Below are positions 1 to 8,608 of a stretch of DNA of 64,000 nt, in pieces. Source of the DNA: an uncultured delta proteobacterium (GTDB lineage Bacteria > Desulfobacterota > Binatia > UBA9968); NCBI GenBank assembly GCA_963745035.1, contig CAVUVW010000011.1, positions 224,001 through 288,000 on the forward strand. Direction: 5' to 3'. Below the pieces are notes generated by a model. It was not told the DNA's origin. It was given only the letters and a program-made list of their open reading frames with translations, and ran no database searches. The stretch's first letter is position 1; each line of letters opens with the position of its first letter. Both the position numbers and the translations under genes were made by a program.

Positions 1-187
1 GGCGATGAAACAGCTCAAGGCCGACCCCGGCACAACAAGCATTCCGGTCATCGCGATCACCGCGTCGGCGATGACGCACAACAGGACGACTATGCTGGCG
101 GAGGGATTCGACGGCTACCAGACCAAGCCGATCAGTCTGAAAGATTTTATCGGGGAAATTGAAAGAGTGCTTTCAGTACACAAGTAA
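1..187 (+). CDS. Single-domain response regulator (CheY/DivK-like), 5'-truncated by the window edge
   Basis: C-terminal REC motifs LKADP..IPVIAITASAM..GFDGYQTKPI. Confidence 0.85.
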   Translation, partial: AMKQLKADPGTTSIPVIAITASAMTHNRTTMLAEGFDGYQTKPISLKDFIGEIERVLSVHK

Positions 188-793
188 ATCCGAAGCACGA
201 ATTTCGAAATCCGAAACAAATTTCCAATGCTTAAATAACAGAAAATACAAAACTGCAGCTAAAGATTCGCTAGCATAAGATACAAATGGAAACCGTCGGG
301 CTAGGCACAGCCAAAACGAAGCCACCAAGAAAATATGATCTGGAAGATCGGACCCTTGAGTTCGCCAAAAATGTGCGGACATTTGTTCGGCAAATTCCGA
401 AAACCATAGCGAATATTGAAGATTCTAAGCAAGTCGTTCGATCGTCCGGCTCCATTGGCGCAAATTACATAGAAGCGAATGAATCTATCGGCAAGAAGGA
501 CTTCCTGATGAGAATCCGAATCTGCCGCAAGGAAGCTAAGGAAACTCGTTATTGGTTGCGCTTGATTGAAATCGTCGACAATCCGACTCTGGAGAAATAT
601 AGGGTTGAGCTCATCGGGGAGGCGACCGAGTTAATGAATATATTCGGCGCTATTCTTCGTAAAAGCGAATAGATCTTTGAAATTCAGAAGGCCCCGAAGG
701 ATCTAATTCGGAGTTCGAAGTTTTGAATTTTCTTCGTTTGACATGCATTTGATTGTAATTTGATTCGGATTTCGAGATTCGGATTTCGATATT
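186..793. mobile_element. Inverted heptamer-repeat cassette (arms 186-220 and 759-793) enclosing the four-helix-bundle gene
   Basis: Left arm aaatccgaagcacgaatttcgaaatccgaaacaaa matches the reverse complement of the right arm at 27/35. Inner stem 241-254 vs 719-732 matches at 13/14. Mobility is inferred only. Confidence 0.6.
286..672 (+). CDS. Four helix bundle protein (23S rRNA intervening-sequence protein / TIGR02436-like)
   Basis: 128 aa with family motifs DLEDRTLEFA, QVVRSSGSIGANYIEA, DFLMRIRICRKEAKETRYWLRLI; AT-richer than its neighbours. Confidence 0.9.
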   Translation: METVGLGTAKTKPPRKYDLEDRTLEFAKNVRTFVRQIPKTIANIEDSKQVVRSSGSIGANYIEANESIGKKDFLMRIRICRKEAKETRYWLRLIEIVDNPTLEKYRVELIGEATELMNIFGAILRKSE

Positions 794-798
794 ATTGA

Positions 799-1914
799 AT
801 GAATACACCTCCCAAAATTCTCGTGGTCGATGACACGCCGCGGAATGTAAAACTTCTCGCGGATCTGTTGGTCGTGAAGGGCTACGGCGTCATCACCGCG
901 GATTCCGGACGCGAGGCTTTGATCAAGCTCGATGCCGAGCAGCCGGACTTGGTCTTGCTCGACGTCGTCATGCCGGAGATGAGCGGCTACGAGGTGTGCC
1001 GCAAGATCCGTGAAAACTCCGCGACGGCGATGCTGCCGGTCGTCATGGTAACGGCGCTCGATCCCGCCGAGGAGCGAGTTAAGGGGATCGATGCCGGCGC
1101 TGATGATTTTCTCAGCAAGCCGATCAATCAAACTGAACTGCTTGCCCGCGTCAAGTCGCTGCTTAGAATCAAGGAGCTGCACGATACCGTGCGAACCCAA
1201 TCCACGCAGCTTGCCGAGTGGAATCAAAGGTTAGAGGGGCGTGTTCAGGAACAAGGGGAACAGCTGGAACGTTTGGAGCGACTGAAACAATTCTTCTCGC
1301 CGCAGCTTGCGGAGATGATCGTCAACGGCGGGGCCGAGGATCCGCTGAAAACGCACAGGCGAGATCTGACCGTCGTTTACTTGGATCTGCGCGGGTTTAC
1401 CGCCTTCGCTGAGAGCGCCGAGCCGGAAGAAGTGATGGACATCTTGCATGAGTATCACGCGGCGATGGGAAAATTGATCGACGAGTACGAGGGGACCGTC
1501 GAGCACTTCGCCGGCGACGGCATGATGATTTTCTTCAACGATCCGGTGCCGGTCGATAACCCGGCGGAGCGGGCGGTGCAAATGGCGCTGGCGATGCGCG
1601 CGCAGGTGAAAGAACTGACGGTCAAATGGCGCAAGCTTGGCCACGATCTTGACTTCGGCGTCGGCATCGCCCAGGGGTACGCCACCATCGGCGCCATCGG
1701 ATTCGAAGGGCGCTGGGAGTACGGCGCGATAGGAAGCGTCCCGAATTTGGCTGCTCGTCTTTGCGGTGAGGCGAAGCCGGGAGAAATCTTGGTTCCGCAG
1801 CGCTTGCTCGGCAAGGTGGAAGACGTGGTAGAGGCTGAATCTGCCGGTGAATTAACTCTGAAAGGTTTTCATCGACCCGTGAGCGCATACAATGTTCTGC
1901 GACTCAAAGTGTAG
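799..1914 (+). CDS. Response regulator-adenylate/guanylate cyclase (REC + class III cyclase)
   Basis: REC: ILVVDD, DLVLLDVVMP, DDFLSKP. Cyclase: YLDLRGFT, GDGMM, GIAQG, NLAARL. Confidence 0.92.
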   Translation: MNTPPKILVVDDTPRNVKLLADLLVVKGYGVITADSGREALIKLDAEQPDLVLLDVVMPEMSGYEVCRKIRENSATAMLPVVMVTALDPAEERVKGIDAGADDFLSKPINQTELLARVKSLLRIKELHDTVRTQSTQLAEWNQRLEGRVQEQGEQLERLERLKQFFSPQLAEMIVNGGAEDPLKTHRRDLTVVYLDLRGFTAFAESAEPEEVMDILHEYHAAMGKLIDEYEGTVEHFAGDGMMIFFNDPVPVDNPAERAVQMALAMRAQVKELTVKWRKLGHDLDFGVGIAQGYATIGAIGFEGRWEYGAIGSVPNLAARLCGEAKPGEILVPQRLLGKVEDVVEAESAGELTLKGFHRPVSAYNVLRLKV

Positions 1915-1917
1915 CAA

Positions 1918-2077
1918 AAAGTCGAAGCACGAAATCCGAAATCCGAAACAAATTCGAATGGTCAAAAAAAATGGAATGTTCCAAACGGTGCTGATTTCTG
2001 ATTCCGCGTTTGGAATTTGCCCGCGTTTTGGATTTGTCTGTCTTTGTTTCGGATTTCGAAATTCGAATTTCGGGTTT
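1918..2077. repeat. Gene-less copy of the heptamer (nnnCGAA) inverted-repeat element
   Basis: Arms aaagtcgaagcacgaaatccgaaatccgaaacaaa and tttgtttcggatttcgaaattcgaatttcgggttt; inner stem ttccaaacg/cgtttggaa. Confidence 0.85.
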
Positions 2078-2096
2078 TGAGGTAGTAGGAGATGCC

Positions 2097-2549
2097 ATGC
2101 GAGATCAGGCTACGGTTCTTGAGGCAGGTCAGGGCACGGTATTTTCCGCGCGCGGCAGCATGATGTTCTTCAAAGCCACAAGGTCGAGCACCAACGGTGC
2201 GTTTTCCCTGATGGAGCGCACGCTGCCTCCGGGAGGCAGAAAGCCGCCGCCGCATATTCATACGAACTGCGAGGAGGCATTCTACGTGCTCGACGGCGAG
2301 GTGGAGTTTTCCCTGGGAGAAACGACAACCATCGGACGCCCTGACACATTCGTGCTGGTGCCGGGCGGCGTCTCTCATACGTTCGGTAACGCCGGTGCGA
2401 CACAGGCGCGGCTGCTGGTCATGCACGCGCCGGCGATGGATGCCTACTTTGAAGAGCTTCAGACACTGTGGGCGCGAGAGGTTCCGCCTAGTCGTGAAGA
2501 TGAGTTGGAATTGATGCGCCGGCACGGCATGGAGCCGGTAGAACGATAG
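2097..2549 (+). CDS. Cupin domain protein
   Basis: PPPHIHTNCEEAFYVLDG...VPGGVSHTF cupin motifs. ATG at 2097 follows aggag; the ORF-track N-terminal extension is translated repeat. Confidence 0.88.
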   Translation: MRDQATVLEAGQGTVFSARGSMMFFKATRSSTNGAFSLMERTLPPGGRKPPPHIHTNCEEAFYVLDGEVEFSLGETTTIGRPDTFVLVPGGVSHTFGNAGATQARLLVMHAPAMDAYFEELQTLWAREVPPSREDELELMRRHGMEPVER

Positions 2550-2706
2550 TCTGCAGATCCATTTACTCCGATTCGCCCAAGTCTATCCATTTACTCTGCT
2601 AGAAATTGCCACCCGTTCAATAAAGAGCACGCCGAGTAGGCGCGGTTGGTCTTCACCGCACATCGGTGTTATTTAACAATTCGAAGTTCGTATCGAGGAG
2701 ACGACA

Positions 2707-3753
2707 ATGAATGTGCTCTTGATGGGTTTACTCGCTCTTTTCGCATGGACGGCATCCACTTCGGCGCAGGCCGGGAAGCCGGTGTCGATGGCCGAGCTCG
2801 CGGCCTATAACAAACCGGACCGGGAAAAAGTGCTCTACGAAGGCGCGAAAAAAGAAGGCCGGTTGATGTGGTACACCTCGCTTACCGGCGGGCCGAACAG
2901 CGATGCGCCCAAGGTGTTCGAGGCGAAGTACCCGGGCCTGAAGCTCGAAGTTTACCGCGGTGACAGCGACGCGATCATTCAGCGAGTGCTGCAAGAGGCT
3001 CAAGCGAAGCGCTTCCTCGTCGACGTGATCGAAACCACGTTCCCCGTGCTCAAGGTGATGCAGGAGTACAAGCTGCTGGCGCCGTACTTTTCGCCGCACC
3101 TGGCGCAGTATCCGGACGAGGCAAAGGAAAAAGCCGAAAAAGAGTTGGTCTATTGGGCGACCGATCGCGAGTCGTATATCGGTCTCGCGTATAATACAAA
3201 TTCCGTCCAGGGAAACGCAGTGCCGAAGGGCTTCGAAGATCTGCTCAAACCCGAGCTGCGCGGCAAGATCGGCTTTGCCACGACGGACACCGGCGCGCGC
3301 GTCATCGGCGCAATGATTGCGAGCAAAGGCGCCGAGTTCGTGCAGAAACTGAAAGCGCAGCAGATCACGCTGCATTCGGTATCCGGACGAGCGATTCTCG
3401 ACATGGTGATTTCCGGCGAGCTGGGTGTGTCGCCGACGGTTTTTCTCAGTCATTCAAGAGTATCGATTGCCAAAGGAGCGCCGATCAAGTGGGTGCCGAT
3501 GGAATTCGTGCCGACCAACGCCGGCGGCGTGGCCGTGCCTGCCAATGCGCCGCGCCCGCACGCGGGACTGCTATTCAGCGATTTTCTGCTCAGCCCGGAA
3601 GGACAGAAATTCCTCGGCAAGTACGGCCTGGACAGCGCGATGAACAAGCCGAGTTTCCAGCGCTACTACGCCGAAGCGGGAATGACCGCGGCGCAGTACG
3701 AGAAAGAAAACGAGAAATGGGAGAAGCTGCTCCGGGAAATCGGCAGGAAGTAG
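2707..3753 (+). CDS. ABC transporter substrate-binding protein (Fe3+/thiamine/polyamine-like, SBP_bac_6/8)
   Basis: Signal peptide; GAKKEG.L.WYTS, YNT..V...P..FEDLL.P, APRPHA..LF.DFLLSPEGQ. Confidence 0.85.
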   Translation: MNVLLMGLLALFAWTASTSAQAGKPVSMAELAAYNKPDREKVLYEGAKKEGRLMWYTSLTGGPNSDAPKVFEAKYPGLKLEVYRGDSDAIIQRVLQEAQAKRFLVDVIETTFPVLKVMQEYKLLAPYFSPHLAQYPDEAKEKAEKELVYWATDRESYIGLAYNTNSVQGNAVPKGFEDLLKPELRGKIGFATTDTGARVIGAMIASKGAEFVQKLKAQQITLHSVSGRAILDMVISGELGVSPTVFLSHSRVSIAKGAPIKWVPMEFVPTNAGGVAVPANAPRPHAGLLFSDFLLSPEGQKFLGKYGLDSAMNKPSFQRYYAEAGMTAAQYEKENEKWEKLLREIGRK

Positions 3754-3779
3754 AAGCGAGGAACTTCTCGGATTTATCG

Positions 3780-3803
3780 CGCAAAGGCGCAAAGACGCGA
3801 AGG
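3780..3803 (+). repeat. 8-bp period tandem repeat CGCAAAGG/CGCAAAGA/CGCGAAGG
   Basis: Read directly from the sequence; adjacent to the element at 3814. Confidence 0.55.
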
Positions 3804-3813
3804 TAGGAGAATC

Positions 3814-3973
3814 AAATTCGAAGCACGAAATTCGAAATCCGAAACAAATCCGAATGACCGAAAACCAGAAATCTGAAACGAGTCTGAAATCGGATTTATT
3901 TTGAAAATTTCTTCCGATTTTGACTTATTGCTTCCAACTTTGTTTCGGATTTCGATATTCGGATTTCGGATTT
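3814..3973. repeat. Second gene-less copy of the heptamer inverted-repeat element
   Basis: Arms aaattcgaagcacgaaattcgaaatccgaaacaaa and tttgtttcggatttcgatattcggatttcggattt; inner stem aaatcgga/tccgattt. Confidence 0.85.
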
Positions 3974-3983
3974 ATGTTTAAAG

Positions 3984-4695
3984 ATGGTTCGTCCGCGCTT
4001 TGCTTCGACCGTCGTACTGCTTCGGCCCGATGACGAACAGCGGCTTCGAGGTTCTCTTGACGCGCCGGCCCGAAGAGATGCGCTTTCTCGGCGGCTTTTA
4101 CGTCTTTCCGGGCGGCACCGTTCACACAACGGACTATTCGCCAAAAATCATCGAGCGCTGCCGCGGCATTTCGGGTGCGCAGGCGCAAAAGATTCTTGGC
4201 GGCCACCATGAGGCGGATGAAGCGGTCGGGCACTGGGTGGCGGTTGTGCGCGAGTTGTTCGAGGAAGTCGGCGTGTTGCTCTGCGTCAACGAGAAGGGTG
4301 AAGCGATTCAATTCAACAATCCTACGGAGAACCGGCGCATCGAGCTTGCGCGCCGGGCGATCGTTGCGGGAGAGGTCGATTTCGGCGACTTTCTGCAGTC
4401 GGAAAATTTATTCTGCGATCTCACCAAGACGAAGTACTTCGACCATTGGGTGACGCCCGAGATTTATTCCATGCGCTTCGACACTCGCTTCTATGTTGCG
4501 GTCCTGCCGGCCGCCCAAAGTGCGCTCACTCACTCAGAGGAGGTGTCGCATAGCTTGTGGATCAAAGCCGGCACAGCGCTCGCACGAATGGACCGTCGAG
4601 ATTTTCCGATCCTACCGCCAACCACAACGGTCTTGCAGCGCCTTTCTCGTATTTCGACCTGGGATCATCTGCGGACCGATTTCGAGCTACCTTAG
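3984..4695 (+). CDS. NUDIX hydrolase (Nudt19-like); frameshift near 4030
   Basis: MVRPRFASTVVLLR joins EVLLTRR..MRFLGGFYVFPGG, Nudix box VRELFEEVG, HWVTP..RFDTRFY. Confidence 0.82.
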
Positions 4696-4794
4696 ACGGC
4701 GTGTTAAGTGTGTGTTCTTGCCCTTGATAGTTCATTGGTAAGTGTTAAAAGGGTGTCGAGCTGGAACCATCAACTAATCTAAAGGAGGAACATC

Positions 4795-5298
4795 ATGGCT
4801 ACAGTAAAATTCAAGGATGCTACCTTGACGCTTTTGGGCAACGAAGTGAAGGCGGGTCAAGGCGCGCCCGACTTCAAGGTGCAGAAGAGCGCTGACATGA
4901 GTGACTACACTTTGGCGAGCGGGGCAGGCAAGACTCGCATCATCGCCACCGTGCCGTCGCTTGACACACCGGTCTGCGATCTGGAGGCAAAAAGGTTTAA
5001 CGAGGAAGCGAGCAAGCTGCCCAACGTCGAAGTCGTTGTCGTCAGCATGGATTTGCCGTTTGCGCAAAAGCGCTGGTGCGGTGCCGCCAATGCCGACAAA
5101 GTCATCACGGCAAGCGATCATCGCGAAGGTTCCTTCGGCAAGAATTACGGCCTGCTGATTTCCGGCGGTCCGCTCGATCGCGTGCTCGCGCGCGCGGTTT
5201 TCGTCGTCGGGCCGGACAACAAGCTCAAACACGTCGAATATGTCCCCACCATCGGCGAGCATCCCAATTACGACGCCGCCCTCGCCGCGGCGAAATAG
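4795..5298 (+). CDS. tpx: Thiol peroxidase (Tpx)
   Basis: VPSLDTPVC (peroxidatic Cys), SMDLPFAQKRWC (resolving Cys), LARAVFV, EHPNYDAA; RBS aggagg. Confidence 0.95.
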   Translation: MATVKFKDATLTLLGNEVKAGQGAPDFKVQKSADMSDYTLASGAGKTRIIATVPSLDTPVCDLEAKRFNEEASKLPNVEVVVVSMDLPFAQKRWCGAANADKVITASDHREGSFGKNYGLLISGGPLDRVLARAVFVVGPDNKLKHVEYVPTIGEHPNYDAALAAAK

Positions 5299-5310
5299 GT
5301 CAAGCCAGAT

Positions 5311-5352
5311 GGCAGCTCGAAGGCCGGTCTACGCCGCCGGTTTCGAGCTGCC
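5311..5352 (+). other. GC-rich hairpin after tpx (possible terminator or stabiliser)
   Basis: ggcagctcgaa...ttcgagctgcc stem with no immediate U-tract. Confidence 0.4.
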
Positions 5353-5374
5353 GCCTCGTTATTTTCCGCCCGCG

Positions 5375-5402
5375 TTGAATTCCGGCGCTCAGCCTCTATA
5401 CT
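5375..5402 (+). promoter_or_regulatory. Candidate sigma70 promoter for the Sec-peroxiredoxin/glutaredoxin pair
   Basis: TTGAAT-16 bp-TATACT, 50 bp upstream of ATG 5453. Confidence 0.4.
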
Positions 5403-5452
5403 AAAATTGAGCGTTCATCCGAGCGCTTAATTTTTAGTGAGGAGAAATCATC

Positions 5453-5923
5453 ATGATTGAAGTCGGCAAGGAAGCGCCGGATTTCGAATTAGTCAGTCAT
5501 TTGGGCGGAACCAAGTTCACGTTGGGCCAGTTCAAGAACAAGAAAAACGTCATGCTGGTGTTCTATCCGCTGGATTGGACACCCACTTGAACCCGCGAGA
5601 TTCCGGCTCTGGAAGCTCTCAAGGAAGAGTTCAAAGCCTGTGACACCCAAGTTATGGGTGTGAGCATCGATAGCAGATTCTCTCACGATAATTGGGCGAA
5701 ATCGTGCGGCGGGATTTCTTTCCCCCTACTGCAGGATTTTCATCCCAAGGGGGAGATGGCGAAGAAATATGGCGTTTTTCTAGAGGATAAAGGGATTACG
5801 GACCGGGCGACGGTAATCATTGATAAGCAGGGAATCGTTCGCTACTCGAAATCGGTAACGCCCGCCGGTGAACGCAACCCCAAAGAGCTGTTGGCCGAGG
5901 CGCAAAAAATCAACAACGGATAA
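5453..5923 (+). CDS. Selenocysteine-containing peroxiredoxin (AhpC/TSA, AhpE-like), 156 aa, Sec46 encoded by in-frame TGA 5588-5590
   Basis: RBS gaggag + ATG 5453; MIEVGKEAPDFEL...VMLVFYPLDWTPT-TGA-TREIP continues in frame into ORF 5654-5923 (GVSIDS, RATVIIDKQGIVR). The TGA occupies the peroxidatic Cys position of PxxxTxxC. Confidence 0.9.
5597..5620 (+). promoter_or_regulatory. Putative bacterial SECIS hairpin
   Basis: GAGA-TTCCG-[GCTC]-TGGAA-GC-TCTC stem-loop; G-initiated apical loop starts about 16 nt after the UGA. Confidence 0.6.
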
Positions 5924-5924
5924 T

Positions 5925-6164
5925 ATGGCGCTGGAACTTTATTTCTACAACGAATGCGGTGTTTCGCAGACGGTGCTGAACTGCATGACGAATCTTCACT
6001 GCGAAGATCAAATCGTCAAGAAGGATATTCGGGAGAATCCCGAATATGAAAGCGAGCTCATCGCCCTGACCGGAGCCAAAACGGTGCCCGTGCTCGTGAT
6101 CGACGGCAAGCCGCTCAAGGGCTCCGAGGAGATCAACCAATTTCTAGTGGGAAAGTTCCTGTAG
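5925..6164 (+). CDS. Glutaredoxin-like protein (CxxS)
   Basis: MALELYFYNECGVS...TGAKTVPVLVIDGKPL (cis-Pro TVP motif); starts 1 nt after the Prx stop. Confidence 0.82.
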   Translation: MALELYFYNECGVSQTVLNCMTNLHCEDQIVKKDIRENPEYESELIALTGAKTVPVLVIDGKPLKGSEEINQFLVGKFL

Positions 6165-6185
6165 TCGTAAGTCCACGATTGGCAG

Positions 6186-6218
6186 AGGGGGCGAAACGTT
6201 TGTTTCGTCCCCTTTTTT
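6186..6218 (+). terminator. Rho-independent terminator
   Basis: agggggcgaaac-gttt-gtttcgtcccct followed by a T-run. Confidence 0.75.
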
Positions 6219-6277
6219 GTTGTGAGCGCTAGGGGCTTAGTTTTCAGTTTGTCAAAGCTGATCTATTAGTAGTCCGT

Positions 6278-7081
6278 ATGGAAGCCGGGACCTCATTGGT
6301 CGTCGCGACCTACAATGTTCTCGCCAGCGCGTACATCCAGCGCGCGCGTTACCCTCGCTCGCCGGCGATGGTCTTGAGTCCGGCATGGCGTATTCCCGCG
6401 CTTGTTCAAGCGATCGCAAGTCTCGAAGCAGATATCCTGTGCCTCCAGGAAGTCGAACCGGAAACCCTGGCTGCGATCAATGCCCGTTTGTGCTCGCGCG
6501 GATATGCTAGCCGTTATGCGCGCAAACGCGGCGGGAGCCCCGAGGGCTGCGCAATTTTTTATCGGGAGGATCTCGCTTCGCTCAAAGAAGAAACCGTTGT
6601 CGTCTTTGCTCCGGATGGTGGGATGGGGGACAGAGGAAACATCGCTCAGATAGTCACACTATGGCATCTCGGGCCATCGTCTCGGCATCATCAATACCCA
6701 TCTGACCTGGGATCCGCCGGGGACGGCGCGGGAAAATCAGCAAGGTTTACGGCAAGTCGACTCAATTATTGCGCGCGTATGAAGAGATCGCCGCAACCGC
6801 GGACGGCTGGCTTATCGCGGGCGATCTGAATGTTACCCCCGGCAGTGAAGTCGTGGCGGTCATCGAAGCAACCGGCTTTCGCTTCGCTCACCGTGATCGC
6901 GCGGCAATGAACACCTGCAGCTTCAATGGCGAGGCCAAGATGATCGATTATCTTTTTCATTCCCCCCAATCGCTGCCCGGCCGGCCGACAGGCCGCCATC
7001 GATGCACAAACCATACTGCCTTCCGCTGAACAACCGTCGGATCACATCCCGGTGGTCGCGCGGTTTCGCTGGCTGCCTTAA
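6278..7081 (+). CDS. Endonuclease/exonuclease/phosphatase (CCR4/nocturnin-like); multiple frameshifts
   Basis: ATYNVLA, DILCLQEV, EGCAIFY, INTHL, AGDLN, IDYLF and PSDHIPV spread over several frames. Confidence 0.8.
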
Positions 7082-7083
7082 GC

Positions 7084-8494
7084 CTAGAGATCCAGCCGCC
7101 AGGCGGCGCGAAGATCCTCCTGAATCCGTTTCACGATGATAAAGGCGTCGCGAAGTTGCTTGCGCTCGAACTGGAGAAATCATCGCGGGGTCGATGCGGT
7201 TGTCGATGGTGACGCGATTGTTGTATTCGGCGAGCTGCGCGCCGAGCCGCAGGCGCAGAAGGAACGGGAAGATTTCGCTCAGGGAACGCGCGCTCTCGGA
7301 GCTGATCAACGCTGTCCGCACGACCGGCAAGAGAAAGTCGCTCCAAAGTGGAGCGTTCGCGCGATCCGGCTGCCAACCCATGACACGCGCGATGGAGACG
7401 ATCGGAGCGATACCGCCCATTTTGATGTCAATCTCGCCATTTGTCGCGCGCAGCCGGTTAAAGAAGCCGAGTGGCGGGCGAAACGCGAGCGCTCCGTTCA
7501 GCATGTGGGCGAGAAAACGCCGCTCGTCTTTGGCGGGCGCGATAGTTTCTTCCAAGGAATCGAGCGAAAGGCTGCCGGCGACGGGGCGGAAGTCGAAAAA
7601 GATAGCGGCGTCGAGCAGCGCCTGCGGTTCGGGCAGGCGAATCCATTGCGTGAAAAGTTGCCGCCATTCGAAGAGCGGCTTGCACCAGTTGGTGGCCATG
7701 AACCCGTCCGGCGCAAGGCGGAAAGCCGGCCTGAATCAGTCCATCAACCACCCGTTTCGAAAGCGCCCCAAAGTACTCTCGGTTCTGTCGGTATCTTCGC
7801 TGGAAAACGACCGCGTTGTCCTGGTCGGTGAGCAATGTTTGCTCCATGCGCCCTTCCGAGCCGAAAACGATCCAAGCGTACGGTGCCGGCGGCGGGCCCA
7901 ACGCTTGCTCGGCAAGCCCCACCAGCCGTCTGACTGAGAGCATCGTTAAGACTGGAGACGATCTCGGCAATCTGCAAGGCGCCGAGCCCGCTCTGAAAAA
8001 GCGCTTCGGCGAGGGCGCCGATCGCCGACGCATAGCTGCCGATGCTGCCGCTCGCCGAGCCCGTCGATGACACCGCGCAGATAGACCGGGTTGTTGGTCT
8101 GATGAAACAACAAATCAGTGGAGCTGATGACGCCGACAATTTTTCCTTCTTCAACCACAGGCAAGTGATGGATGTTCTCCTCGACCATCAAACGCAACGC
8201 GCTGAAGGCGAGCCTATCGGAGTCGATGGTCTTGATCGGGCGTGTCATGATGGCCGTCACCGGGGTTTCCGGCCCTAAGCCCGAGGCCAGGACGCGGCCG
8301 CGCAGGTCGCGGTCGGTAACAATGCCCGGCGGCTCGGTTGAGACGAGGACCGAGCCAATACGCGCACGCTGCATCTGCCGCGCGGCGTCGCCGACGCTGG
8401 CATCTGCCGCGATGAATACCGGCGCTGCTTTAATGAGATTTTTGACCGCCAGCGTGAGAGTACTGTCGAGCTGGGTGGCATTCTGGTCGGCCAT
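7084..8494 (-). CDS. CBS-pair + DUF294 putative nucleotidyltransferase; frameshifted
   Basis: CBS GIVTDRDLR and IHHLPVV; NTase GSEGRMEQTLLTDQDNA; IFFDFR, DIKMGGIAPIV; C-terminus ERKQLRDAF. Confidence 0.85.
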
Positions 8495-8608
8495 GGCGGG
8501 GCCCTGGATTCGTCGACGTGTCGGGATATTCGACCTTAGCTAGAGCGGCGAATGCCGGATGAACCACGAAGAACGCGAAAGGCACGAATTGGCGCCGCGA
8601 CGCCCGCG

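Noticed and set aside
186-3973. CRISPR array interpretation of the recurring CGAAATCCGAAACAAA motif
   Set aside because: Copies are inverted pairs separated by whole genes, not direct repeats with uniform spacers, and there are no cas genes.
173-4311. Short ORFs containing KSEIRISKSET / VSDFEIR peptides (173-382, 1892-2080, 1904-2098, 3896-4144)
   Set aside because: They are translations of the heptamer repeat arms, not credible proteins.
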